From: a virus | DNA: 64,000 nt | Direction: 5' to 3' (one strand) | Virus record (IMG/VR): IMGVR_UViG_3300010151_007551 | Location: 23,860-87,859 of that record | Shown: positions 30,783 to 39,940 of the stretch, in pieces | Layout: each line of letters opens with the position of its first letter | How positions within the stretch are numbered: position 1 is the stretch's first letter | The notes under the pieces: model-generated | The model's database searches: none | Told to the model about the DNA's origin: nothing | What the model saw: the letters and a program-made list of their open reading frames with translations, nothing else | Program-made: the position numbers and the translations under genes

Positions 30783-31286
30783 ATGAGAATATTTAAAATT
30801 AGAAACGTGAAGACTCCAACGAGGGGAACTAACATGTCAGCGGGTATTGATTTATACATACCAGAAGATTTTTATATTAAAAGAGGAGATACGCTACATC
30901 CTGCTCCTTTATATGATAAAGGCACTGGGTCCTTTAAAATAGAGCCTGGCAAATCTGTATTGATTCCATCTGGAATAAAGATAAATGTTCCAAAAGATAG
31001 AGCATTGATAGCTTTTAACAAGAGTGGAGTAGCTGTTAATAAAAATTTAATAGTTGGTGCATGTGTAATAGATGAAGATTATACAGGTGAAATACATATA
31101 GATGTAAAAAATGTTGGATCAGAATCTACTTGGATACAGGCCGGTGATAAAATAATTCAATTAATTTGCATGCCAGTTGATTACGTAAATATAGAAGAGT
31201 GCAATTCAGAACTAGAATGCTTTGGAGACACCTTAGTTTTATCTGAAAGAGGAGAAGGCGGATTCGGTTCCACGGGAACAAAATAA
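30783..31286 (+). CDS. dut: Trimeric dUTPase
   Basis: SAGIDL, KSG, VIDEDYTGEI and RGEGGFGSTG motifs. Confidence 0.93.
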   Translation: MRIFKIRNVKTPTRGTNMSAGIDLYIPEDFYIKRGDTLHPAPLYDKGTGSFKIEPGKSVLIPSGIKINVPKDRALIAFNKSGVAVNKNLIVGACVIDEDYTGEIHIDVKNVGSESTWIQAGDKIIQLICMPVDYVNIEECNSELECFGDTLVLSERGEGGFGSTGTK

Positions 31287-31301
31287 AAAAACAAAAGAAA
31301 A

Positions 31302-31562
31302 ATGAAAGTAATAGGAAACGATAACAATCAAGAACCAACACAAGGTCCACAGGACATGCCGCCTGGTATGAACGTAAATTTAAAGGATGCAGAAGACGTA
31401 AAGTGTGAAGAATGTGGAAGTTTAGTTTTTCAAGAAAAAATAATGATAAAAAAAGTATCTAAGTTCGCAACAGGTTCTACGAGAGATACCATTGCGCCAA
31501 TTCCAGTAATAGCGTGTGCTAAATGTAATCACATTAATAAAATGTTCATTCCAAATGTATAA
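31302..31562 (+). CDS. Small Zn-ribbon protein
   Basis: CEECG...CAKCNH. Confidence 0.7.
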   Translation: MKVIGNDNNQEPTQGPQDMPPGMNVNLKDAEDVKCEECGSLVFQEKIMIKKVSKFATGSTRDTIAPIPVIACAKCNHINKMFIPNV

Positions 31563-31565
31563 AAT

Positions 31566-32972
31566 ATGATAATTGGATGCGAGTATAATGAAAAAGTTCA
31601 ATCTTTATTAGTATCATATTATAATAAAGAAGGTAAAATATCATTTTTACAGAAAAAATTACACAAATCAGATTTATTTAATTGGAATATTTCTAAAACG
31701 CCAACTGTTGACAAAAATTGGGACGGTAGATATATTAAAAGGGCACCGTCTTCTGGTAAATGGATATCTCAATTTAGAATAGAAGAACTAATTAACGATA
31801 AATTCTCTGTGAATGAAAAGAATGCCATCTATGATATGGATAACTTTCCCATTAAAACATTTTTAGATATTGAAATAGAATTAATAGATGATACGTTTCC
31901 AACTCCAGAACAAGCAAAAATGCCAGTTAATCTTATAACCTTTTGTAATAATAAGAATAAGTGCTTTGTTTTATCAACAATGGAAAGAGGATTAGACTCT
32001 AAGTTTTCATCATCTGATTTATCCAATGATGTACATGAACATTTTAAAAAAGTAAAACCTTTAAGCGATTCTGATTCTGAAATATTAACTCAAAAATTTG
32101 ATATTAAGTATCTTACTTTTGAATCAGAGAAAGAGATGATGACATTTTTTTTCGAAAAGGTGCTAAATAGATTATCTTTTATTACAGGATGGAATGTAAT
32201 AAAATTCGATTGGGTTTATTTAATGAATAGATGTAAAAGATTAGGAATTGATCCATTTAAAAAACTACCCAGTGAAAGAGTAATTTCAAAAAGAACAAAG
32301 ATTCCATTACACACTGGCATATTGGATTATATGGAAATGGTTATGCAAATGAAACCATTTAAAGTTATTGAAAACTATACTTTAGATTATTTTGCTAATT
32401 TATCATTGGGCGTTACAAAATTAAAAAGTAAATATAGTTCAATGAAAGAAGCTCAATCTAACATGTTTGAATTTACAAAATATAATATAATAGACGTACT
32501 TCTTGTTAAAATGATAGACGATAAACTGGGTTTAATAGACGTGGCCCTATCTTTATCTGGAGTGGCTAATATTGAAGTTAATAAAGTGTTTAGCCCAGTT
32601 CATATTACTGAAATGTTAATGTGCAGAGAATTTCTAAGATCTGGATTAAAAATGGCAAAGGATGGAAAACCAGTTGGTATAAATGATTCAGAGTCATATG
32701 CAGGTGCATTTGTAATGCCAGTTGTGCCAGGTCATTATGACTTAGTAGCATGTTATGATTTTGCTTCAATGTATCCTAATATACAAATGCAATATAATAT
32801 TTCTCCAGATTCATATATCGGTAAACTCAACGGTTCGCATGAAGCCGGTGAAAACATTTTTACTAAAAATGACACGATCTTTGCAAAAAACAAAGATTCT
32901 GTAGCTAGAACAATATTAAACAGGTTATATAATGAAAGGGTTAAAACTAAGAAACAAATGAAAACTTTGTAA
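31566..32972 (+). CDS. Family B DNA polymerase, N-terminal part (exonuclease plus motif A) of a split gene
   Basis: FLDIE, TGWNVIKFDW and YNIIDV exonuclease motifs, then YAGAFV and YDFASMYP. The ORF ends at LYNERVKTKKQMKTL, before motifs B and C. Confidence 0.88.
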   Translation: MIIGCEYNEKVQSLLVSYYNKEGKISFLQKKLHKSDLFNWNISKTPTVDKNWDGRYIKRAPSSGKWISQFRIEELINDKFSVNEKNAIYDMDNFPIKTFLDIEIELIDDTFPTPEQAKMPVNLITFCNNKNKCFVLSTMERGLDSKFSSSDLSNDVHEHFKKVKPLSDSDSEILTQKFDIKYLTFESEKEMMTFFFEKVLNRLSFITGWNVIKFDWVYLMNRCKRLGIDPFKKLPSERVISKRTKIPLHTGILDYMEMVMQMKPFKVIENYTLDYFANLSLGVTKLKSKYSSMKEAQSNMFEFTKYNIIDVLLVKMIDDKLGLIDVALSLSGVANIEVNKVFSPVHITEMLMCREFLRSGLKMAKDGKPVGINDSESYAGAFVMPVVPGHYDLVACYDFASMYPNIQMQYNISPDSYIGKLNGSHEAGENIFTKNDTIFAKNKDSVARTILNRLYNERVKTKKQMKTL

Positions 32973-32973
32973 T

Positions 32974-33186
32974 TTGAAAAAAAACAATGAAATATTACAG
33001 TGGATAGCCGGTTTTATTGAAAATAAGAAAACCATTACAGAAAAAGAAGTAAAAAATATAAAGAAACGTATAATGACTTCTGAAAAATTTATTGTTTCTC
33101 AGATCGATATTGAAAAATATCACTTTAAATATAAAAGCGATAGTTCAATACCTTTTGATAAATATAACATTGTGTATAATGAATAA
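32974..33186 (+). CDS. Small hypothetical protein
   Basis: 70-aa ORF with TTG start abutting the polymerase stop. Confidence 0.5.
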   Translation: MKKNNEILQWIAGFIENKKTITEKEVKNIKKRIMTSEKFIVSQIDIEKYHFKYKSDSSIPFDKYNIVYNE

Positions 33187-33991
33187 TTTAATAAATGGTA
33201 TAAAGTCACTGTTTAAAAAAAACTATAAAAAAATGAATACCGAAAGATTAATAAGTCTAAAAGAAAATTTCACAGGGCAGAAGTTTCAATGGATAAAAAC
33301 AAAAGATACTAGCTTAAGAGGAAAAATTGTTAAGTGCAAAGATATAGAAGCAAGAGGAAATAAATTTATAGCATATTTCAATGATGGTTCTAAAATAGAT
33401 GCAGAACTATTAAATAGAAATCTCATGTTGATTGGAGAAGGAATGGCACAACTTTCAATTGATGAAATAAATTCTATAAACGGTCCAGCTGTTCCTCCAT
33501 CTAGCAGTAAAAGGCCTCCTCTTGAAAAATCTGCGAGCGGAGGTGGTCCTATCTCCATGCCAGATGATTTAAAACAGTTTCAGACGCCTCCAACTAAACA
33601 CGCGCCTAATATTTCTCCAAAAGTAAACGTAACTAAACAAACTGAAAAGAAGGCATCGGCGTCAAATATGTTTAGTATGTTTAATGCTGATGAAACGGAC
33701 TTGCCATTAAATGTTAAAATAAAAATACCTAATAAAAAACTTTTAAAGTTAATGTATGAAAATGCAGATAATAAAAATAAATTTTTAATGGATCTATCTG
33801 AACACGTTTATTCCAAGATAAATAACAATATAGTTAAAGATTCATTGGAAAAAATGTTAGTTCCTGTTTCTAGGAAGACTACTACTAAAAAAGATACAAT
33901 AGTTATTTCTTCCAATGTTTCTACTTCTAAAAAAGATAAACCTATTATAGATGGTTCTGTAGAGGTTACTGAAATAGAAAATGGAAAATGA
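33179..33991 (+). CDS. Hypothetical protein
   Basis: Two globular segments joined by a Pro/Ser-rich linker; start at 33179 or 33233. Confidence 0.65.
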   Translation: MNNLINGIKSLFKKNYKKMNTERLISLKENFTGQKFQWIKTKDTSLRGKIVKCKDIEARGNKFIAYFNDGSKIDAELLNRNLMLIGEGMAQLSIDEINSINGPAVPPSSSKRPPLEKSASGGGPISMPDDLKQFQTPPTKHAPNISPKVNVTKQTEKKASASNMFSMFNADETDLPLNVKIKIPNKKLLKLMYENADNKNKFLMDLSEHVYSKINNNIVKDSLEKMLVPVSRKTTTKKDTIVISSNVSTSKKDKPIIDGSVEVTEIENGK

Positions 33992-34550
33992 AAAAATACA
34001 GTTTGTAAAATCTAATTTATACAACGACGATAGTTTTGAATTAGTTTCAATAAATGCCGGTGATGATACCTTGAAAAAAGGAAGGTGTAAATCTGAAGCA
34101 GTATGCATTCTCCCATTTGATTTAAGTGAACAAAATAAAATAAAGGATTTATATTTATTAAAACAAGAAGATTTCTTTAATAAAAATGTAATTCGTACTT
34201 GTTTAACAGAAGACATTAATGATAGCATAGATGATGATTCATTTGATACATTTAAGCGATGTATTCATAAAGATTTAGCAATTAAAAATTTTAATAATAT
34301 AGATTCATGTTATTATCTTGGAAAAATATCTCACACTGATCCCATAGTAAAGGATTATTATTGTTATGGAATATGTTTAAATGATTATATAAAGGGTCCT
34401 AATGGATTTACACCCGACCTTCCTACAGAAGAAGTTAATGGTAAATATTATACTTTAGATAAAATAAGGTTTTCTAAAGCTATAAAGGGCGAGGTGAACG
34501 ATTCACTGGTATTATCTTCGTGCATGCTATTAATATCTTATATTTCGTAA
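33981..34550 (+). CDS. Hypothetical protein, possible degenerate NUDIX fold
   Basis: AVCILPF...TFKRCIHKDL...YYLGKI...DSLVL resembles the NUDIX layout but lacks REUxEE. Confidence 0.45.
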   Translation: MENEKIQFVKSNLYNDDSFELVSINAGDDTLKKGRCKSEAVCILPFDLSEQNKIKDLYLLKQEDFFNKNVIRTCLTEDINDSIDDDSFDTFKRCIHKDLAIKNFNNIDSCYYLGKISHTDPIVKDYYCYGICLNDYIKGPNGFTPDLPTEEVNGKYYTLDKIRFSKAIKGEVNDSLVLSSCMLLISYIS

Positions 34551-34603
34551 AACCGTTACGTTATTTTTAGTAAAAAATACTAACTAAAAATAAATTAACA
34601 CAA

Positions 34604-35797
34604 ATGTCAAGAAATACAAAGGAATTACTTTCAGCTTTCAGTAAATTTAATGATAAATTAGAAAAAACCACTAAGGGAAGAGTTAAGCTTAGGGGTTTTT
34701 CTGACATAGATGAATATATTAATACTGGAAATTATCTTTTAAATGCCCAAATGTCAGGTTCATTAAGAGGAGGTTATCCAAATGCAAGAAGCCTTGGAAT
34801 AGGCGGAGATTCTGGAACAGGCAAAACTTTTTTATGTATGAACGCTATTAAAAATGCCCAAGACATGGGATATGCAGCCTTTTATATAGACACAGAAGGC
34901 GCATTAGATTCCAATGACTTTGAAAAATTTGGTATCGATATTGAATTATTAAATTATAAAAGAATGGGATTAATATCAGAAGTAAAGTTTTTTATAGATG
35001 ATATTATAAAAATGGCTGAAGAAACACCTGGTCTTAAAATGATGATAGTTGTAGATTCTTTAACTATGTTAGAAACAAATAAGGAAGTGGCTGATAGAAA
35101 AGCTGGAAAGAATGCCCAGGACATGGGATTAAGAGCAAAGGAACTACGGCAACTTTTTAAATCGTTCACATTAGACTTATCTAATTTAAAAGTTCCATTA
35201 TTATTTACTGCTCATACTTATTCCGGACAAGATCAATATACTCCTAAACAAATGAGCGGAGGCGGTGGACCTCTCTATTCTGCAAGTGTTGTCATGATGT
35301 TAGGAAAAGGACATTTGAAAGATGATAATAAAACAAAAACTGGCGTTATAGTTAGAAGTACAACTGATAAGAACAGATTAGCTAAACCCGATAAAATAGA
35401 ATTTCATATAAGCTTCCACAAAGGAATGAATCCGTATGTTGGTCTTCAAGATTATATAAGTTGGGAAAACTGTGGAGTAGGGAGGGGAAATAAACTTACT
35501 GAAAAAGAATTTAATAAATTAAAGGGAGCAGAGGCCGATGAATGCTCAATGTTTGAAGTAGAAGGAGAAAAGTTTTATTTTTTACCAAAGGAAAGAGCTA
35601 GGAACTATATAATTAAACATTCAGGAAACATAGTTCCTACACGAGAAATATTTACAGATAAAGTTTTTACAAGCGAAGTAATAGATGAATTAGATAAAAA
35701 TATAATAATTCCAAAGTTTAGATATAGTAGTTTAAATGATGTACTAAATGAAGAGTTAACAGAATTAGAAAATTTAGATAATGCAGACATCGATTAA
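34604..35797 (+). CDS. uvsX: UvsX/RecA-like recombinase
   Basis: INTGNYLLNAQMSG, GDSGTGKT, YIDTEGA, VVDSL and MSGGGG motifs. Confidence 0.9.
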   Translation: MSRNTKELLSAFSKFNDKLEKTTKGRVKLRGFSDIDEYINTGNYLLNAQMSGSLRGGYPNARSLGIGGDSGTGKTFLCMNAIKNAQDMGYAAFYIDTEGALDSNDFEKFGIDIELLNYKRMGLISEVKFFIDDIIKMAEETPGLKMMIVVDSLTMLETNKEVADRKAGKNAQDMGLRAKELRQLFKSFTLDLSNLKVPLLFTAHTYSGQDQYTPKQMSGGGGPLYSASVVMMLGKGHLKDDNKTKTGVIVRSTTDKNRLAKPDKIEFHISFHKGMNPYVGLQDYISWENCGVGRGNKLTEKEFNKLKGAEADECSMFEVEGEKFYFLPKERARNYIIKHSGNIVPTREIFTDKVFTSEVIDELDKNIIIPKFRYSSLNDVLNEELTELENLDNADID

Positions 35798-36149
35798 AAC
35801 TAAAATAAAAATTAAAGATAATCTTAAATTAAAATATTATTTGGGTTTACATTTAAGAGGAGGTTATTCTAATAATGATTCAGTTTTATTTGAGTTAATA
35901 AACTATATTATATCAAATAATGTTGAAAATAAAGATAAAAATATATCTTATTCAAATTTAAAATTTTCTATAAAAACATTAAAATACATTTTCGGGGAAG
36001 ATATTTTAAACGATGATTTTAAAAATCAAATTATTTTTAGTATTAAAGAGTTAATTAAAGATAAAAAAATAGATGTTAATAAAAAATATTTTCATATAAC
36101 TGAAGATGGAATTAACACCTTTTATAACATAAATGGTAAATATAAATGA
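35781..36149 (+). CDS. Hypothetical protein
   Basis: 122-aa ORF overlapping both neighbours. Confidence 0.6.
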   Translation: MQTSIKTKIKIKDNLKLKYYLGLHLRGGYSNNDSVLFELINYIISNNVENKDKNISYSNLKFSIKTLKYIFGEDILNDDFKNQIIFSIKELIKDKKIDVNKKYFHITEDGINTFYNINGKYK

Positions 36150-37660
36150 TAGAATTTATTGAAAATATAGAGCTTCTTGAAAAAATGATTTGGAATTTCG
36201 TTTTAAATCCCAATACGGATGAAGATTTATTAAAACCAAGCAACGGAGAAGAGTTTCTTGATAAAAACGAATTGATAGTTAAAATAAAATCTAAGTACTT
36301 TCAAAACGAAGACTTGGAGTTAACTTGGAAACACGCATCTATGTTTTTTAAGGAATATAAAAAGATTCCAACTAAAAAAGATTTACGTCAGTATTTAGAT
36401 ATAAAGAATCAAGAGATTAGCGATTCTGTTTTCAATGAAATTTATAATTATAATTTATCAGAATACAATTATAGTTTTTTATATAAATATGTAAAATCAT
36501 TTATATTATTGAGAAGCTTAAATGTCACAATGATAGATCTTCTTACTATGTTAAAGACAACGGATATTAATCCAGATAATATAGAAGAAGTAATAAACAG
36601 GGTTAGAAATTCTATAAATGACAAGTTGTCTGTTAATTTTGAATCGGGAAGATCGGGTTTAAATTTTTTAAATCCACTTCATCATATTCAAATATCTAAG
36701 GAAGGACTTCCGACAGGTTTTGCGTTTTTTGATAAAACACAAGGTGGTGGATGGAATCCTAAAACATTAGTTGTTTTTCAAGGTAGACCCAAGGTGGGAA
36801 AGTCTATTGTTCTAGGTAATATTGCTACTAGATCGTTTTTATCTGGAGTAAACACTGGTGTCGTTACCGTTGAGCTTTCTGAAAATAAATATATGAAAAG
36901 ATTAGGTTCTAATATATTGGAAATAAAATCAGTTGAGTATGATAAATTTACTCAAAAAGAGGCTATGGATAAATTATTTAATAAATTAAAAATATTTAAA
37001 GAGTCAGGTAATTCCTATGGTGAATTGATAATAAAAGAATTTCCAACAGGTGGCGCTACAGCAATTGATATAGAAAATTATTTTATACGACAGGAAAAAG
37101 AATTAAATAAAAAGTTTAGAGTAATAGTTGTAGATTATATTAATTTAATGAGACCTATTAAAGAACAGGGTGGACTATATGAAAAAATAAAAGTTATATC
37201 TGAGGAATTAAGAGGAGTTGCTATGAGAAATGAATGGTGTTTAATAACAGCTACTCAAATAAAACGAGATTCCATTGATGATTTTGATTTAGGAATGGAT
37301 TCTGTTGCTGAATCATTTGGTTTAATACACACCGTTGATACTCTATATGGATTAATGAGAGGTCCCCTTGAACAGCGAATGAAAATAAAACTAATAGCGA
37401 ATAGAGATAATGGATATGAAGAAAGCTATAGGTTTTACGATATGCACAAAGATTACATGAGATTAGCTGAATCGTTTGGAGAAAATAGTGAATATTATAG
37501 CGATGACGATCAGCTTCATCAAATGGAAGATGATCTTAGAAGATCTTATAAATCTCTGTCTGCTTCTAATAATGGAGATGAAGAAAATTCTGTTCATGCA
37601 GTTGAACTTTCTTCAGAAAAAACTACAAGTGAATATGATGATTTATTAAATCAGATTTAA
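36146..37660 (+). CDS. gp41/DnaB-like replicative helicase
   Basis: GRPKVGKS, TVELSE, IIKEFPTG, IVVDYINL, ITATQ and AESFG motifs. Confidence 0.92.
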   Translation: MIEFIENIELLEKMIWNFVLNPNTDEDLLKPSNGEEFLDKNELIVKIKSKYFQNEDLELTWKHASMFFKEYKKIPTKKDLRQYLDIKNQEISDSVFNEIYNYNLSEYNYSFLYKYVKSFILLRSLNVTMIDLLTMLKTTDINPDNIEEVINRVRNSINDKLSVNFESGRSGLNFLNPLHHIQISKEGLPTGFAFFDKTQGGGWNPKTLVVFQGRPKVGKSIVLGNIATRSFLSGVNTGVVTVELSENKYMKRLGSNILEIKSVEYDKFTQKEAMDKLFNKLKIFKESGNSYGELIIKEFPTGGATAIDIENYFIRQEKELNKKFRVIVVDYINLMRPIKEQGGLYEKIKVISEELRGVAMRNEWCLITATQIKRDSIDDFDLGMDSVAESFGLIHTVDTLYGLMRGPLEQRMKIKLIANRDNGYEESYRFYDMHKDYMRLAESFGENSEYYSDDDQLHQMEDDLRRSYKSLSASNNGDEENSVHAVELSSEKTTSEYDDLLNQI

Positions 37661-37675
37661 AATAATATAATTACG

Positions 37676-38233
37676 ATGGGTGAAAATGAAGAAAAATCTA
37701 AAAATGAAGATAAGAAAAAAGAAAAAAAGACTAGAAATCTTAGAAGAGAGGATAAAATCTTTAATAATAGATATAACCAAGGAGAAGGTTTAAAGGATCC
37801 TAACGATTATAAGTTTTCTACAGGAATCGCCGTAGATGGTGGTTATTCTAGTAATTATTTAAAGGATTTATATGACTATGAAAACAATGTAGATTATCAA
37901 ATATTTTTAGAGCATATTTTTGAAATAATAAAAAAAGATGAGATTTTATCTAACATAATAGATGAAAAAGAGGGAACTAGAAATAAATTTAATAAAGAAG
38001 AAGTCAATTTTTTGTTCGAGAGAATACAGGAAATATTAAGTAAACATATTGAATACGAAAAATTTTCCAGTGCAATTTATATTTTAGAAGCTATTTCTAG
38101 CATAACTGCTATGGAATATAAAAAACTTTTTGATTTTTTAAACTACTCATATAAAGAATCTCTTTTAACTGAACTCAACACCAAATATAAGTTCCTAGAA
38201 GGAAAAATGAATAAAAACAACAAACTATTTTAA
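37676..38233 (+). CDS. Hypothetical protein, weak resemblance to the gp33 late co-activator
   Basis: C-terminal YILEAISS...KLFDFLNYSYKESLLTEL..YKFL loosely matches the gp33 pattern; function unverified. Confidence 0.45.
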   Translation: MGENEEKSKNEDKKKEKKTRNLRREDKIFNNRYNQGEGLKDPNDYKFSTGIAVDGGYSSNYLKDLYDYENNVDYQIFLEHIFEIIKKDEILSNIIDEKEGTRNKFNKEEVNFLFERIQEILSKHIEYEKFSSAIYILEAISSITAMEYKKLFDFLNYSYKESLLTELNTKYKFLEGKMNKNNKLF

Positions 38234-38236
38234 TAG

Positions 38237-39364
38237 ATGGAATTAAGTAATATAAATAAAATCTTTTTATTAGGGGATTTACATTTAGGCATACGTAACA
38301 ATTCAATAGAATGGTCTAAATCTCAGAGTGATTTTTTAATAGAATATTTTTGTAATAAAATAGATGAATTAGGATTTAATCCTGATACTGATATTTTAAT
38401 TCAAGAGGGAGATTGGTTTCATAATAGGGAAAGTACAAATAATAGAATATGGAAAGATTCATTAAAAATATTTGATATTCTTTCTAATAAATTTAAAAGG
38501 GGCGTTTATGTTATATTAGGCAATCATGATGTTTATTATAAAGATAATAATAGCATACATTCTCTACTTGGAATTGAAAAGATGTTTGATAATATTCATG
38601 TTTTTTCAAAGCATGAGATATTACATATTAATAAATGTCACAAATTTTTAATGTTACCTTGGGTAGAAGATGATGAACAAATAACTAAAATAGTTTCATC
38701 ATATTCTGATAAAGCAGACTATATTATATGTCATGCAGACATTAAGAATTTTAAACTCAACAAGTGGGTAAAAATAAATTCGGGTTTAGATTCTAATTAC
38801 TTAAAGTCTTTTAAAAGAGTTTATTCTGGTCACATACATATTCATCAAGAAGAAGGCAATGTTTTATATACTGGAACTCCCTATGAATTAGACAGAGGGG
38901 ATAGAGGAAACGTTAAAGGCTTTTACACATTAGACGTTAGTGATTCTAAAATAAAAGAACACTTTACAGAAAATTTATTTTCGCCTAAGCACATTAAAAT
39001 AGATGTTGAAGACATGTTAGAATTAAATGTAGAAAGTATTAAAAAATTGTTTAATAATAATTATGTAGATGTAATGATAAAAATAGATAAGGCAAACAGT
39101 TTTCCTGTAACCAGATTTATGGAATTAATAGACTCTTTTGATCAAAGAAGAATTGAATTTTTTACATATAATTCATCTATTCAAAAAGAAAAGATACAAA
39201 GAGATTTAGAATTAGATAGAATAAAAGAATACGATATTTATGAAATATTTAAAGAGTGTTTATTAGAAAGAAAGTATTCCAAAACAATGAATTCTAATAT
39301 AGAAAAATATTTTAAAAATTTGTATGAAAGTACTAAAAATAATGAAAAGGAACATTATGAATAA
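38237..39364 (+). CDS. gp47/SbcD-like metallophosphoesterase nuclease
   Basis: GDLHLG, GDWFHNR, GNHD and SGHIH motifs. Confidence 0.92.
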   Translation: MELSNINKIFLLGDLHLGIRNNSIEWSKSQSDFLIEYFCNKIDELGFNPDTDILIQEGDWFHNRESTNNRIWKDSLKIFDILSNKFKRGVYVILGNHDVYYKDNNSIHSLLGIEKMFDNIHVFSKHEILHINKCHKFLMLPWVEDDEQITKIVSSYSDKADYIICHADIKNFKLNKWVKINSGLDSNYLKSFKRVYSGHIHIHQEEGNVLYTGTPYELDRGDRGNVKGFYTLDVSDSKIKEHFTENLFSPKHIKIDVEDMLELNVESIKKLFNNNYVDVMIKIDKANSFPVTRFMELIDSFDQRRIEFFTYNSSIQKEKIQRDLELDRIKEYDIYEIFKECLLERKYSKTMNSNIEKYFKNLYESTKNNEKEHYE

Positions 39365-39938
39365 AGTATTATATTTCATATTTATAATTTTATATACAAC
39401 TACTAGCTGTTCGTCTCAGGTCAGTATACATTCTCCAATATTTAAAGTAAAATATTCAGAAAAACTAGAACAGCCCCTTTGTGTAGAATACAAGGTATTG
39501 TGTCCAAATGGTAACACAAGCAGAAGCGGAATGGATTTTTATAAAGTAGATAGTGTTCATACTTCTGATAATGAAGACTATAAAAATAACATATGGGATA
39601 AAGGACATATTGCTCCAGCAGCAGCATTTAATTGTAGTAAAGATACACTTAAGCAGACTTTTAGTTATTTAAACTGTGCACTTCAACATGAATCACTAAA
39701 TAGAGGTCCATGGAAAGAGCTAGAAAGATTCGAAAGAAATTTAGCTAAGTTTTTTGATGTGCACGTAATAGTTTATATTGAATTTGAAAAAGACTGTGAG
39801 GTACTAGAAACGGGCGCCTCAGTTCCCTCTGCTTTTATTAAAGTTATAGAATTTGAAAAATATAAATATACTTTTAAGTTTCCTAATTCTAATGTTTCTG
39901 GAACAAACTGGTTTAAATTTAAAGTAAAAGATAATTAA
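39357..39938 (+). CDS. DNA/RNA non-specific (His-Me) endonuclease with signal peptide, possibly a lipoprotein
   Basis: WDKGHIAPAA, TFSYLN..LQ..LNRGPWKELE and VPSAFIK motifs; N-terminus MNKVLYFIFIILYTTTS-C. Confidence 0.85.
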   Translation: MNKVLYFIFIILYTTTSCSSQVSIHSPIFKVKYSEKLEQPLCVEYKVLCPNGNTSRSGMDFYKVDSVHTSDNEDYKNNIWDKGHIAPAAAFNCSKDTLKQTFSYLNCALQHESLNRGPWKELERFERNLAKFFDVHVIVYIEFEKDCEVLETGASVPSAFIKVIEFEKYKYTFKFPNSNVSGTNWFKFKVKDN

Positions 39939-39940
39939 AA

